Below are positions 62,497 to 64,000 of a stretch of DNA of 64,000 bases, piece by piece (within the stretch, counting starts at the first letter, position 1; each line of letters begins with the position of its first letter). Under the pieces are notes generated by a model. It was not told the DNA's origin and searched no databases. It was given only the letters and a program-made list of their open reading frames with translations. This DNA is from Phoronis australis. Lineage: Eukaryota; Animalia; Phoronida. The DNA is taken from contig NMRA01000062.1 in assembly GCA_002633005.1 (NCBI GenBank), positions 419,981 to 483,980 on the forward strand, in the 5' to 3' direction. The translations under genes and the position numbers were made by a program.

Positions 62497-63659
62497 CTGT
62501 AAAAATACAAAATAAATGAGAAAAGGAAATTAAAGTTCAAGTGTCATAACATAAGATAACTAGAGAGAACAGTTCAGCGGCTCTTGAAATGATAACAAGT
62601 CCGACTTTCTCCAATCCAATTCTCAGAAGCAACATAATTTTCTATAACCCTCGACAACCCTCAAAAGTTTAGAGCAAAATTTAAAACTCCTTATAGAGTG
62701 TTTCGTCATTAGTAAGCGGAAGTGCGACATGTTGGAGGACAAGCAATGGCGGTGGTCAGTCGAGTTATCGTGGGTTGTTTAGCTGGTGGTGATCGCCTTA
62801 CGTACGACAACTATTGACATTTATCGGAGGCATAGACCCCCATAAAATTCCGACATCGGAAAGAAAAAATCGTGACGGGGTAACTTAGAGACAGGGGAAC
62901 AAACGAACGGGGGAACATATTGTTTCTGCATCGGTGATATTGCAGTGTTGAGCGTTCAAGTTTTAAAATGTTTAAAGCACATGATAAGTTTATTTGTGAA
63001 ATAAAACTCACATTAATAGATACAGAAAGACGCGGTTTCCTAATTTCAAAAGTTTGCACGCAATTCAACTACATGTTCATATTTGTACCTCATGGGACGA
63101 CGTTTGCTTTCGACCTTGAGTTCAAAATAGACGCCACGCAAAATGGACAATGGATAGGCCCAATGAAGGGTGGTAAAGGTTACATGAAAATAAGGTCAAA
63201 TTTCTGGAATCCCGGCAAAGAATTTTTATTTGTTCGTCAAGTGTTATTTGTAACATTTTAACTAAAATCGGAAAAATTTACATCAAAACCGAAAATAAAA
63301 ACTCATTGTCCGGTTTTGAGACCTCAACTACTCCCCATAAATAATGAACCAACCGATAAACAAATGTAACCAAAGAGTTGTGAGCGTAAAAGAAGTTTGA
63401 AGCTTTTGAAGTGTGTGGATTTTCCAACTGCATGGGCAATTCACAGTGAAATGATTAGAATATTCCTTATAGTTTTAGCACAAAAACCTGAAAAATGCAC
63501 ATCGTTGCTTTTATCGAAATGTATCATAGCTAATCTTCACAAATTACGAAGTAGCCGGTTGAACTTGTCTTTCAATTTACCAAATGTCGCCATGTTGTCG
63601 GTTCCAGAATTATGAGCTCTTGATCACTCAATACTATGTACTGTAACATCTACGTGACT

Positions 63660-63970
63660 ACATTCTAGTGAAAAATGTTGAATCGTACAGAATAGTAGGT
63701 AAATATGTGTCTCACTAAATTTCTTTGTAAACTATTGGTGAAAATAACTTGCAAACAATTTTAAACTCGTAACTTATGTGGCTGTCGTCCAAGCTGGCCG
63801 ACTCGATACAGTGAAACAATTAGCCCAAATGTCTCCACAAAAGTTGCAATAACTTTGTACTGCTTAACTCGATTTTGATATTTTAAATTTTTGTTGTATG
63901 GGATGCATTATCATTCCGATGATATTGAAAATTTTCTTCCAAACGATAAAAGGCGGTTTGACCGCCCTAT
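63660..63970 (+). mobile_element. Second copy of the 32190-32540 repeat family
   Basis: Colinear similarity to 32190-32540. Confidence 0.65.
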
Positions 63971-64000
63971 TCAGAGACATCTCTTCGTCTTTTCCTCACG

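Noticed and set aside
62968-63261. 97-aa plus-strand ORF
   Set aside because: No recognisable domain, and it is antisense to the presumed intron of the membrane-protein gene.

Overview
AT-rich eukaryotic (animal, probably marine invertebrate) genomic DNA, not prokaryotic; most short ORFs in the track are noise. The only clearly intact genes are three paralogous, intronless class A (rhodopsin-like) GPCRs: 25453-26454 (-), 33916-34923 (-) and 57541-58536 (+). They carry odorant-receptor-like motifs and share an unusual set of substitutions in the activation switches. There is also a probable terminal exon of a single-pass membrane protein (62251-62496, -). The rest is dense with transposon remnants: a decayed Sola3-like element (12211-15668), a decayed Academ element with long octamer-rich TIRs and a TAT TSD (43546-47098), a THAP plus P2X7-ballast-like (Kolobok-like) relic (35855-36727), a hAT transposase relic, LINE fragments, an LTR with a tRNA-Lys PBS next to an assembly N, a solo LTR, many MITEs, a ~450-bp palindrome and satellites. 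The most interesting signals are the non-canonical GPCR cluster (shared upstream blocks, a shared ETS-like site, apparent gene conversion) and the Kolobok-like and Academ elements. All assignments are by eye from motifs; no searches were run.
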